Source of the DNA: Escherichia coli
GTDB lineage: Bacteria; Pseudomonadota; Gammaproteobacteria; Enterobacterales; Enterobacteriaceae
Reading direction: 5' to 3' (one strand)
Length of the DNA: 64,000 bases
Assembly (NCBI RefSeq): GCF_044324875.1
Contig: NZ_CP172185.1
This document shows, one piece after another, positions 21,891-33,331 of the stretch (position 1 is the stretch's first letter; every line of letters begins with the position of its first letter). The position numbers were made by a program, and so were the translations under genes. The notes beneath the pieces are model-generated. The model saw only the letters and a list, made by a program, of their open reading frames with translations. It was not told the origin of the DNA and searched no databases.

Positions 21891-21910
21891 AAACACGCGC
21901 ACTTTGCTAC

Positions 21911-21938
21911 GGCTTCCCTATCGGGAGGCCGTTTTTTT
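21911..21938 (+). terminator. Rho-independent terminator after fbaB
   Basis: ggcttccc(tatc)gggaggcc hairpin followed by T7. Confidence 0.7.
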
Positions 21939-21998
21939 GCCTGTCATTCTGATTAATTTTCGAATTGTCGTTTTTGTGATCGTTATCTCGACATTTAA

Positions 21999-24198
<2,200 letters not shown>

Positions 24199-24207
24199 GG
24201 ACGGTAT

Positions 24208-24660
24208 ATGACTAACCTGTTTGTTCGTAGCGGAATTTCTTTTGTCGATCGTAGCGAAGTTTTAACCCATATCGGTAATGAGATGCTCGCGAAAGGTGTG
24301 GTTCATGATACATGGCCACAGGCATTAATTGCCAGAGAAGCAGAATTCCCTACCGGGATAATGCTTGAGCAGCACGCCATTGCAATACCGCATTGTGAGG
24401 CGATTCATGCTAAGTCGTCAGCCATTTATCTGTTAAGGCCAACAAATAAAGTTCATTTTCAGCAAGCGGATGATGATAACGACGTGGCGGTATCGTTGGT
24501 TATTGCGTTAATTGTGGAAAATCCGCAGCAGCAATTGAAACTTTTACGCTGTTTATTTGGCAAGTTACAACAGCCCGAGATCGTCGAGACACTAATCACT
24601 CTTCCTGAAACCCAGTTAAAGGAATACTTCACAAAGTATGTTTTAGATTCAGACGAATAA
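24208..24660 (+). CDS. gatA: PTS galactitol-specific EIIA
   Basis: 150-aa ORF, operon position. Confidence 0.9.
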   Translation: MTNLFVRSGISFVDRSEVLTHIGNEMLAKGVVHDTWPQALIAREAEFPTGIMLEQHAIAIPHCEAIHAKSSAIYLLRPTNKVHFQQADDDNDVAVSLVIALIVENPQQQLKLLRCLFGKLQQPEIVETLITLPETQLKEYFTKYVLDSDE

Positions 24661-24690
24661 ATCCCTCTGTAACAATAAAAAGGACTATTT

Positions 24691-24975
24691 ATGAAACGCA
24701 AGATTATTGTCGCTTGCGGAGGCGCGGTTGCGACCTCTACGATGGCGGCGGAAGAAATTAAAGAGTTGTGTCAGAGTCATAATATTCCTGTTGAATTAAT
24801 CCAGTGTCGGGTTAATGAAATAGAAACCTATATGGATGGCGTGCATTTGATATGCACCACTGCCAGGGTGGATCGAAGTTTTGGCGATATTCCGTTAGTT
24901 CACGGCATGCCTTTTGTTTCTGGTGTCGGTATCGAAGCATTACAAAATAAAATTCTGACTATCTTACAGGGGTGA
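24691..24975 (+). CDS. gatB: PTS galactitol-specific EIIB
   Basis: 94-aa ORF with N-terminal Cys ([11 protein letters not shown]). Confidence 0.9.
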
Positions 24976-24978
24976 CCT

Positions 24979-26334
24979 ATGTTTTCAGAAGTCATGCGTT
25001 ATATTCTCGACCTCGGCCCTACGGTGATGCTGCCAATTGTCATCATTATTTTTTCTAAAATATTAGGCATGAAGGCAGGCGATTGCTTTAAAGCGGGTCT
25101 GCATATCGGGATTGGCTTTGTTGGCATTGGCCTTGTGATTGGCTTAATGCTGGATTCCATTGGTCCGGCGGCGAAAGCGATGGCGGAAAATTTCGACCTG
25201 AATCTGCATGTGGTCGATGTCGGTTGGCCGGGCTCTTCACCAATGACCTGGGCGTCGCAAATTGCGCTGGTGGCGATTCCGATTGCGATTCTGGTTAACG
25301 TGGCGATGCTACTGACCCGTATGACGCGGGTGGTAAATGTTGATATCTGGAATATCTGGCATATGACCTTCACCGGCGCATTGCTGCATCTGGCAACCGG
25401 TTCATGGATGATAGGGATGGCGGGTGTGGTAATTCACGCGGCGTTTGTTTATAAGCTCGGCGACTGGTTTGCCCGCGATACCCGAAATTTCTTTGAGCTG
25501 GAAGGCATTGCTATTCCGCACGGTACGTCGGCGTATCTGGGGCCAATTGCGGTGCTGGTGGATGCTATCATCGAGAAAATCCCAGGCGTTAACCGTATTA
25601 AATTTAGCGCCGACGATATTCAGCGCAAATTTGGTCCGTTTGGCGAGCCTGTCACCGTGGGTTTTGTGATGGGGCTGATTATCGGCATCCTCGCGGGTTA
25701 CGATGTCAAAGGTGTATTGCAGCTGGCGGTAAAAACGGCGGCAGTTATGCTGCTGATGCCACGGGTGATTAAACCCATCATGGATGGTTTAACGCCTATC
25801 GCTAAGCAGGCCCGTAGTCGTTTACAGGCGAAGTTCGGCGGTCAGGAGTTCCTGATTGGCCTTGATCCGGCGTTGCTGCTGGGGCATACGGCGGTGGTAT
25901 CGGCAAGCCTGATTTTTATCCCGCTCACCATTTTAATTGCTGTTTGTGTTCCGGGTAATCAGGTACTGCCGTTTGGCGACCTTGCCACCATCGGTTTCTT
26001 TGTGGCGATGGCGGTCGCCGTGCATCGTGGAAATCTGTTCCGCACCTTAATCTCGGGTGTCATCATTATGAGCATCACCCTGTGGATCGCGACGCAAACT
26101 ATTGGTTTGCACACCCAACTGGCGGCTAACGCTGGGGCGTTAAAAGCCGGAGGCATGGTGGCATCAATGGATCAGGGCGGTTCTCCCATTACCTGGTTAC
26201 TGATTCAGGTTTTCTCCCCGCAAAATATTCCCGGTTTCATTATTATCGGTGCCATTTATCTTACCGGTATTTTCATGACCTGGCGTAGAGCGCGCGGCTT
26301 TATTAAACAAGAGAAAGCCGTTCTCGCAGAATAA
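24979..26334 (+). CDS. gatC: PTS galactitol-specific EIIC permease
   Basis: 451-aa polytopic membrane protein. Confidence 0.92.
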   Translation: MFSEVMRYILDLGPTVMLPIVIIIFSKILGMKAGDCFKAGLHIGIGFVGIGLVIGLMLDSIGPAAKAMAENFDLNLHVVDVGWPGSSPMTWASQIALVAIPIAILVNVAMLLTRMTRVVNVDIWNIWHMTFTGALLHLATGSWMIGMAGVVIHAAFVYKLGDWFARDTRNFFELEGIAIPHGTSAYLGPIAVLVDAIIEKIPGVNRIKFSADDIQRKFGPFGEPVTVGFVMGLIIGILAGYDVKGVLQLAVKTAAVMLLMPRVIKPIMDGLTPIAKQARSRLQAKFGGQEFLIGLDPALLLGHTAVVSASLIFIPLTILIAVCVPGNQVLPFGDLATIGFFVAMAVAVHRGNLFRTLISGVIIMSITLWIATQTIGLHTQLAANAGALKAGGMVASMDQGGSPITWLLIQVFSPQNIPGFIIIGAIYLTGIFMTWRRARGFIKQEKAVLAE

Positions 26335-26499
26335 TTTTTACCTGAGGGGGAGTTTATCCCCCTTAATAATCAGGAGTTTTTATGAAATCAGTGGTGAATG
26401 ATACTGATGGTATCGTGCGCGTTGCCCAACGAGTCATTCCTGAAATTAAACATCAGGATGAGGTGCGGGTAAAAATTGCCAGCTCGGGATTATGTGGTT

Positions 26500-26508
26500 C
26501 CGATTTAC
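26500..26508. repeat. IS1 target-site duplication (left copy), ccgatttac
   Basis: Identical 9-mer abuts both IS1 termini. Confidence 0.9.
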
Positions 26509-26523
26509 GGTAATGACTCCAAC

Positions 26524-27027
26524 TTATTGATAGTGTTTTATGTTCAGATAATGCCCGATGACTTTGTCATGCAGCTCCACCGATTTTGAGAACGACAGCG
26601 ACTTCCGTCCCAGCCGTGCCAGGTGCTGCCTCAGATTCAGGTTATGCCGCTCAATTCGCTGCGTATATCGCTTGCTGATTACGTGCAGCTTTCCCTTCAG
26701 GCGGGATTCATACAGTGGCCAGCCATCCGTCATCCATATCACCACGTCAAAGGGTGACAGCAGGCTCATAAGACGCCCCAGCGTCGCCATAGTGCGTTCA
26801 CCGAATACGTGCGCAACAACCGTCTTCCGGAGCCTGTCATACGCGTAAAACAGCCAGCGCTGGCGCGATTTAGCCCCGACATAGCCCCACTGTTCGTCCA
26901 TTTCCGCGCAGACGATGACGTCACTGCCCGGCTGTATGCGCGAGGTTACCGACTGCGGCCTGAGTTTTTTAAGTGACGTAAAATCGTGTTGAGGCCAACG
27001 CCCATAATGCGGGCAGTTGCCCGGCAT
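26524..27027 (-). CDS. insB: IS1 transposase InsB (expressed as InsAB' fusion by -1 frameshift)
   Basis: 167-aa [61 protein letters not shown]... Confidence 0.93.
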
Positions 27028-27221
27028 CCAACGCCATTCATGGCCATATCAATGATTTTCTGGTGCGTACCGGGTTGAGAAGCGGTGTAAGTGAACTGCA
27101 GTTGCCATGTTTTACGGCAGTGAGAGCAGAGATAGCGCTGATGTCCGGCGGTGCTTTTGCCGTTACGCACCACCCCGTCAGTAGCTGAACAGGAGGGACA
27201 GCTGATAGAAACAGAAGCCAC
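26946..27221 (-). CDS. insA: IS1 InsA (transposition inhibitor / N-terminal part of transposase)
   Basis: 91-aa [45 protein letters not shown]... (zinc finger). Confidence 0.93.
26964..26970 (-). promoter_or_regulatory. IS1 programmed -1 ribosomal frameshift motif (A6C)
   Basis: Minus-strand ttaaaaaactc at the insA/insB overlap (plus-strand gtttttt). Confidence 0.7.
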
Positions 27222-27276
27222 TGGAGCACCTCAAAAACACCATCATACACTAAATCAGTAAGTTGGCAGCATCACC

Positions 27277-27285
27277 CCGATTTAC
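27277..27285. repeat. IS1 target-site duplication (right copy), ccgatttac
   Basis: Identical to 26500-26508. Confidence 0.9.
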
Positions 27286-28298
27286 CCAGAATATTTAAAA
27301 ATGGTGCACATTATTATCCAATAACGTTAGGCCATGAATTTAGCGGCTATATTGATGCTGTGGGATCCGGTGTTGATGATTTACATCCTGGCGATGCGGT
27401 TGCCTGTGTGCCGTTATTACCCTGTTTTACTTGTCCAGAGTGTTTGAAAGGGTTTTATTCCCAGTGCGCAAGATATGATTTTATTGGCTCGCGGCGTGAT
27501 GGTGGATTTGCTGAGTATATTGTCGTTAACCGAAAAAATGTCTTTGCTCTACCCACGGATATGCCTATTGAGGATGGGGCTTTTATTGAACCGATTACCG
27601 TTGGCCTGCATGCTTTCCATTTAGCGCAAGGTTGTGAGAATAAAAACGTTATTATTATTGGTGCCGGAACCATTGGCCTGCTGGCCATTCAGTGCGCTGT
27701 CGCGCTGGGAGCAAAGAGTGTGACGGCTATCGACATTAGCTCAGAAAAACTGGCACTGGCAAAATCTTTCGGTGCGATGCAAACATTTAACAGCCTTGAA
27801 ATGAGCGCGCCGCAAATGCAGAGCGTTTTACGCGAACTGCGTTTTAATCAGCTTATCCTCGAGACGGCTGGCGTCCCGCAAACCGTCGAACTGGCGGTAG
27901 AGATTGCCGGGCCTCATGCCCAGCTGGCGCTGGTGGGCACGTTGCATCAGGATCTGCATTTAACATCGGCAACGTTTGGCAAAATATTGCGTAAAGAGCT
28001 GACGGTTATCGGCAGTTGGATGAACTACTCCAGCCCTTGGCCGGGGCAGGAGTGGGAAACGGCGTGCCGGTTGCTGACAGAACGTAAGTTAAGCCTGGAG
28101 CCATTAATCGCTTACCGTGGAAGCTTTGAAAGCTTCGCCCAGGCGGTGCGTGACATCGCTCGTAATGCTATGCCGGGCAAAGTGTTGCTCATTCCCTGAA
28201 ACCGCGGGCCAGCGTGATGCTGGCCCGGTATTGTGCAAAACAGATCATTCACCAATGGTCCCCCTTCGTTTACACTAGCCACAATTGAATATGGGTAA

Positions 28299-29078
28299 AT
28301 GACGATGAATTCATTCGAGCGAAGGAATAAGATCATCCAATTAGTGAATGAACAGGGAACCGTGCTTGTTCAGGATCTGGCGGGAGTATTTGCTGCCTCG
28401 GAAGCGACAATCCGTGCCGATTTGCGCTTTCTCGAACAAAAAGGCGTGGTTACGCGCTTTCATGGCGGTGCGGCGAAAATAATGTCCGGTAATAGTGAAA
28501 CCGAGACCCAGGAAGTTGGGTTTAAAGAGCGATTTCAGCTCGCCAGCGCGCCAAAAAACAGAATAGCGCAGGCGGCAGTCAAAATGATCCACGAAGGGAT
28601 GACCGTTATTCTCGACAGCGGAAGTACGACAATGCTTATCGCCGAAGGATTAATGACCGCCAAAAATATCACGGTGATTACCAACAGTCTCCCGGCAGCA
28701 TTTGCCCTTTCCGAAAATAAAGACATTACTCTGGTCGTCTGTGGTGGGACCGTCCGCCATAAAACACGCTCGATGCATGGTTCCATTGCCGAGCGTTCAT
28801 TGCAGGATATTAATGCCGATTTAATGTTTGTCGGTGCTGATGGTATTGATGCGGTTAATGGTATTACGACCTTTAATGAAGGTTATTCGATTAGCGGGGC
28901 GATGGTTATAGCCGCAAATAAAGTGATTGCCGTTCTCGATTCATCGAAATTTAATCGTCGCGGTTTTAATCAGGTACTGCCAATCGAAAAAATTGACATT
29001 ATTATTACCGATGATGCCGTGTCAGAGGTGGATAAACTGGCATTGCAGAAGACACGGGTGAAATTAATTACGGTGTAG
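28299..29078 (+). CDS. gatR: DeoR-family repressor of the gat operon, apparently intact
   Basis: 259-aa uninterrupted ORF with N-terminal DeoR HTH and C-terminal sugar-binding domain. Confidence 0.85.
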   Translation: MTMNSFERRNKIIQLVNEQGTVLVQDLAGVFAASEATIRADLRFLEQKGVVTRFHGGAAKIMSGNSETETQEVGFKERFQLASAPKNRIAQAAVKMIHEGMTVILDSGSTTMLIAEGLMTAKNITVITNSLPAAFALSENKDITLVVCGGTVRHKTRSMHGSIAERSLQDINADLMFVGADGIDAVNGITTFNEGYSISGAMVIAANKVIAVLDSSKFNRRGFNQVLPIEKIDIIITDDAVSEVDKLALQKTRVKLITV

Positions 29079-29089
29079 TATTGCTCTGT

Positions 29090-29123
29090 ATGCCGGATAA
29101 AGTTTTTACACCGCATCCGGCAT
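29090..29123. repeat. REP-like palindrome / bidirectional hairpin between convergent gatR and yegS
   Basis: atgccggat ... atccggcat inverted repeat. Confidence 0.5.
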
Positions 29124-29159
29124 TACGGATTCTCCCTGGTTCAAGAGAGAATAGTGTGA

Positions 29160-30059
29160 TTAACGCAACAATGGGCAATCTGGTGGTAATCGACAACGCA
29201 ACGCCGCCGGAAGTATTTCAATATGAAAGTTTTGTCCGCTCAACGGTTCGCCATCAAGATTAAAAGTGATTTCGTGTGGGGCTTGTATATCAAACCACGA
29301 CGAAGCGCCTTCGATAATATTCGGGTTATCTTCGTCAGATTTTAATGTTGATACGAGAGCCGGAAGAATTTCATCGCCGGTAAAAATGCGCAGTTGCAGC
29401 AAGCCATCGTTAATTAACGCGTTCGGGCACAATTGCTGACCGCCACCGGCCTGACGCCCGTTACCAATACCAATGACCAGGGCGTCACCTTGCCAGTGAA
29501 AGTTTTCACCGCGGATCTCACAACGGTCCGGTTGCAGAGTATCCATGCGCATTAAGCCATGAATGATGTAAGAGACGCCACCCAGCGCGGCTTTTAATTT
29601 TTCCGGCGTTTCTGTGGTAATACGCGTCCCAAATCCGCCTGTCGCCATATTAATAAAACAGGTTTGTTTGTTGACCTGCGCCATATCTATCGCAATGGCG
29701 TCACCGGCAATTGCCAGTTTCAGCGCCTTATCCAGTGCCTCAGGAATCCTTACACTGGTGGCAAAATCATTGGCGGTTCCTAATGGCAAAATTCCTAGCG
29801 CGGGTATGTCATCCCCCTCACACTGAATCAACGCCGTAGAAACTTCATTAATGGTGCCATCGCCACCACCGGCAATCACCGTTGCGACGCCCAACTTCCG
29901 GGCCTCCTCTACATATCGTGCGGCATCGCCTTTCTCCCAGGTGACCCGCACATGGATCGTCATTCCTTCCTCACGCAACAGCATAATTGCTTCGCGCAAT
30001 GGTAAATTGTCAGTACTTTTGCCATTAAGAATCAGTAAGCTGGCGGGAAATTCTGCCAT
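29160..30059 (-). CDS. yegS: Lipid kinase YegS (DAG-kinase catalytic domain family)
   Basis: 299-aa ORF; GGDGT motif ([12 protein letters not shown]). Confidence 0.9.
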   Translation of the reverse strand: MAEFPASLLILNGKSTDNLPLREAIMLLREEGMTIHVRVTWEKGDAARYVEEARKLGVATVIAGGGDGTINEVSTALIQCEGDDIPALGILPLGTANDFATSVRIPEALDKALKLAIAGDAIAIDMAQVNKQTCFINMATGGFGTRITTETPEKLKAALGGVSYIIHGLMRMDTLQPDRCEIRGENFHWQGDALVIGIGNGRQAGGGQQLCPNALINDGLLQLRIFTGDEILPALVSTLKSDEDNPNIIEGASSWFDIQAPHEITFNLDGEPLSGQNFHIEILPAALRCRLPPDCPLLR

Positions 30060-30473
30060 GATCGTATGTGCCTTTATGATTGGTCTGTAGATAGTGTAGA
30101 GCAGAAAAGAAAAGGTGGAGTCAGAACAGGATGAAAGTCGGAGGATAAAAAATCAGTTCAAGTATGGAGGATTCAGTGGTTACCACCAGGAGCTTGCAAT
30201 GGGGACAGTGAATGTTAACGGTAGCCACCGGTAAATTTCAAAAAAGAGCATATACCTAATATTCAACTAAACAGTGGCATCTTCACTATCTTATTCTAAA
30301 TATATTAAAGCCCTCATGGGGATACCTGGGCAGGGCTTCATGTTTGTAATTCCTACTTATGTAGGAAATGTTGTACAGAACATTTATTATAATCCTATTC
30401 AATTATAATAATCATGCCATTATTATATTTTAACACCAGAGCGTGTCGTTGGTATTTAATGGGGGAAGGTAAG

Positions 30474-30791
30474 ATGAAAAAGATAGCTGCTATATCATTA
30501 ATTAGTGTTTTTCTTATGTCTGGGTGTGCTGTACATAATGATGAGACAAGTATCGGTAAATTTGGTCTTGCATATAAAAGTAATATTCAGCGTAAACTCG
30601 ATAACCAATACTACACCGAAGCCGAAGCTTCTTTAGCCAGGGGCAGAATATCTGGTGCAGAAAATATAGTAAAAAATGATGCAGCTCATTTCTGTGTTAC
30701 TCAGGGCAAAAAAATGCAGATAGTTGACCTGAAGACAGAAGGTGCAGGATTACATGGCGTCGCTCGTCTGACATTCAAATGTGGAGAGTGA
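30474..30791 (+). CDS. yegR: Small lipoprotein YegR
   Basis: ORF 30414..30791; start taken at MKKIAAISLISVFLMSGC (lipobox LMSGC) with ggaagg RBS. Confidence 0.8.
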   Translation: MKKIAAISLISVFLMSGCAVHNDETSIGKFGLAYKSNIQRKLDNQYYTEAEASLARGRISGAENIVKNDAAHFCVTQGKKMQIVDLKTEGAGLHGVARLTFKCGE

Positions 30792-30961
30792 GAATATTTT
30801 TTGGTAAGCGTCAAACATGCGCGTTCTGGTTGTGCTTAGCCGGAACCTGTGCGAGCACGATGCCGTTACGTGAAAGGCATCGTGCTATGAAGGGAGATTC
30901 TATCGATGTGGTCAATGGAAGACGGTCACCTGGGATCAATCCGTCTCTATGGTTTATGCAC

Positions 30962-31048
30962 AAAAAATAAGCCCGTGTAAGGGAGATTACACAGGCTAAG
31001 GAGGTGGTTCCTGGTACAGCTAGCATTTTATGGGTTATGTTTTTCAGC
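30962..31048 (-). ncRNA. cyaR: CyaR (RyeE) Hfq-dependent sRNA
   Basis: Minus-strand sequence gctgaaaaacataacccataaaatgctagctgtaccaggaaccacctccttagcctgtgtaatctcccttacacgggcttatttttt matches CyaR as I remember it, including the terminator hairpin and U-tail. Confidence 0.9.
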
Positions 31049-31079
31049 GAAACAGATGATAACCTTAATAAATGCAGCT

Positions 31080-31101
31080 GTATGTGATCGGTTTCTAAGA
31101 A
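31080..31101 (-). promoter_or_regulatory. Probable CRP site of the cyaR promoter (centred near -41.5)
   Basis: tgtgatcggtttctaa (TGTGA half-site at 31083-31087) about 41 bp upstream of the CyaR 5' end; -10 tatcat 7 nt upstream of the start. Confidence 0.5.
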
Positions 31102-31132
31102 TTTTCCATCCGGGAAAAATAATCGAAATTAA

Positions 31133-32494
31133 TCACTTACCGTGGGGGTTACGCGTGGTTTCCCCGGAGAAATTACGCATCAGCAGCGCGTAATTTAGCT
31201 CAAGATCCTGCGGCACCGGGATCCACACAGTATAACCATCGCCCGGTGCGACCGGCATTGCTTCGCCTTTGGCGTTTTCCATGTGCTCAAGGGTAAAGTT
31301 AATGTTCCCTTGCGGCGTCATCAGCTCAAGGCTGTCGCCAACGGAGAATTTATTTTTCACCGCTACCGCCGCGAGGTCGCCCTTGCGCTCACTGGTAAAC
31401 TCACCAACAAACTGCTGGCGGTCAGAAACTGAATAACCGTATTCGTAGTTCTGATAATCGTCGTGAGTATGACGACGCAGGAAACCTTCGGTATAGCCAC
31501 GATGCGCCAGACCTTCCAGGGTTTCCAGCAGGCTGGTATCGAATGGTTTTCCCGCAGCTGCGTCATCGATAGCTTTACGGTAAACCTGCGCGGTGCGTGC
31601 GCAATAGTAGAAAGATTTGGTACGGCCTTCGATTTTCAGCGAATGCACGCCCATTTTGGTCAGGCGTTCAACATGGGCGATGGCGCGCAGATCTTTCGAG
31701 TTCATGATGTAAGTGCCGTGCTCATCTTCAAACGCGGTCATATACTCGCCCGGACGCTGGGCTTCTTCGATCATAAACACTTTGTCGGTTGGTGCGCCGA
31801 TCCCCAGCGTCGGTTCAACGTTTTGCACCGGAATCGGTTCGTACTTGTGTACGATGTTGCCGACGTCATCTTCTTTCCCTTCCTGGACGTTATACTCCCA
31901 GCGGCAGGCGTTGGTGCAGGTGCCCTGGTTCGGGTCGCGCTTGTTGATATAGCCAGAGAGCAGGCAGCGACCGGAGTAGGCCATGCACAGCGCGCCGTGA
32001 ACGAAGATTTCGATCTCCATATCTGGCACCTGATTGCGGATCTCTTCAATCTCTTCCAGTGACAGTTCGCGAGAGAGGATCACGCGGGTCAGACCCATTT
32101 GCTGCCAGAATTTCACCGTCGCCCAGTTCACGGCGTTAGCCTGTACTGAGAGATGGATCGGCATTTCAGGGAAGTGCTCGCGCACCAGCATAATCAGCCC
32201 TGGATCAGACATAATCAGCGCATCCGGCCCCATTTCCACCACCGGTTTCAGGTCACGGATAAAGGTTTTCAGCTTGGCGTTGTGCGGTGCAATGTTGACC
32301 ACGACATAAAACTTTTTCCCCAGCGCGTGGGCTTCATTGATGCCGAGCTGAAGATTTTCGTGGTTAAATTCGTTGTTGCGCACACGCAGGGAGTAACGCG
32401 GCTGGCCCGCATAAACAGCATCTGCGCCATAAGCGAAAGCGTAACGCATATTTTTCAGCGTTCCCGCCGGGGAAAGGAGTTCCGGTTTAAACAT
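31133..32494 (-). CDS. yegQ: Peptidase U32-family protein
   Basis: 453-aa ORF MFKPELLSPAGTLKNMRYAFAYGADAVYAGQPRYSLR... Confidence 0.9.
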   Translation of the reverse strand: MFKPELLSPAGTLKNMRYAFAYGADAVYAGQPRYSLRVRNNEFNHENLQLGINEAHALGKKFYVVVNIAPHNAKLKTFIRDLKPVVEMGPDALIMSDPGLIMLVREHFPEMPIHLSVQANAVNWATVKFWQQMGLTRVILSRELSLEEIEEIRNQVPDMEIEIFVHGALCMAYSGRCLLSGYINKRDPNQGTCTNACRWEYNVQEGKEDDVGNIVHKYEPIPVQNVEPTLGIGAPTDKVFMIEEAQRPGEYMTAFEDEHGTYIMNSKDLRAIAHVERLTKMGVHSLKIEGRTKSFYYCARTAQVYRKAIDDAAAGKPFDTSLLETLEGLAHRGYTEGFLRRHTHDDYQNYEYGYSVSDRQQFVGEFTSERKGDLAAVAVKNKFSVGDSLELMTPQGNINFTLEHMENAKGEAMPVAPGDGYTVWIPVPQDLELNYALLMRNFSGETTRNPHGK

Positions 32495-32695
32495 AATTCT
32501 CTCGTTCTGATGACAGGTCAGATCCGCTTCACCTGATGAAGCGGCCAGGGGAGTGCCCCCACTTTAAGGGCGGGCATTGTAGCGCAATCGTCGGGGTTGG
32601 CTCCAGTGTAATTGTGATGAGCTTTTCGATGCCTGGCGTACAATTGACATCAGAATTGAGTATATTTACGACCGTGAATGCTAAGGAGTTAAAAC

Positions 32696-33301
32696 ATGTG
32701 GATGTTAAAGAAGGGAATCACGCTGGCTCTGTTGGTTCTGTTTTCTCTGCCCGCTACTGCCGGTCTTTCGCTGGAGGAGACTGCTCGTAAGGTGATTATC
32801 GGCTTTCAGCAAAAAGATGCTCAATTAATCAACTCGTTAATTGATAAAAAAACGGGGTTGTATGTTCTCTTCCAGCGTGGCGCTTCGATGGATGTCGAAA
32901 ATTTTAAGTCAATTGATTTTAAAACGCCTGTTCCCGAGTATTTGCTGTGGCCTTCGGCAGGGGAACATATTCCGCGAGATGAAGAGTTTGATAAGAAAAC
33001 TATCCCGGAATTTGACTGTGAACGTGGCTGGAATAAGCACGGATATTTTATTAGCAGCAGCGATACACACCATAAAGTCAGCCGTAATTTGGTCTTCACG
33101 CAGATGTTTGGTTCACCGCGAAACACTATTTCTGATGCGCAGATTGCCGCAGCGCGTCGAATGGAGTACGGGGCCGTGCGTGTGGTCGCTGCGCCAGAAG
33201 GGGGTAGCGATGGACTGGTATTTTATTTAAGTCAACTTTACGGTTATGACCGTGACTGGTATCTGACGGTGGTGGATCAGATTGGTGATTGTGGGGCGTG
33301 A
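32696..33301 (+). CDS. Hypothetical secreted protein (201 aa), unknown function
   Basis: Strong RBS aaggag 7 nt upstream; predicted Sec signal peptide MWMLKKGITLALLVLFSLPATA; two Cys in mature part; not recognised as a K-12 gene. Confidence 0.6.
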   Translation: MWMLKKGITLALLVLFSLPATAGLSLEETARKVIIGFQQKDAQLINSLIDKKTGLYVLFQRGASMDVENFKSIDFKTPVPEYLLWPSAGEHIPRDEEFDKKTIPEFDCERGWNKHGYFISSSDTHHKVSRNLVFTQMFGSPRNTISDAQIAAARRMEYGAVRVVAAPEGGSDGLVFYLSQLYGYDRDWYLTVVDQIGDCGA

Positions 33302-33331
33302 TAAAGATTTATTCGCCCGCAAGCAGTGATG

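Larger units (their letters stand above)
26509..27276 (-). mobile_element. Insertion sequence IS1 (768 bp), complete
   Basis: Termini ggtaatgactccaacttattgatag... and ...cagtaagttggcagcatcacc match IS1 inverted repeats; encodes InsA and InsB; flanked by 9-bp direct repeat. Confidence 0.95.
26382..28199 (+). pseudogene. gatD: Galactitol-1-phosphate 5-dehydrogenase gatD, disrupted by IS1 after codon 42
   Basis: N-terminal fragment MKSVVNDTDGIVRVAQRVIPEIKHQDEVRVKIASSGLCGSDL (26382-26508) and C-terminal remainder PRIFKNGAHYYPITLGHEFSGY... to 28199, in the same frame once IS1 plus one TSD copy is removed. Confidence 0.9.

Noticed and set aside
31463-32062. 199-aa plus-strand ORF
   Set aside because: Antisense to yegQ; shadow ORF.
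32644-32668. ttgaca ... tatatt promoter-like hexamers upstream of the 201-aa ORF
   Set aside because: Spacing between the candidate -35 and -10 is about 11-13 bp, too short for a canonical sigma70 promoter.
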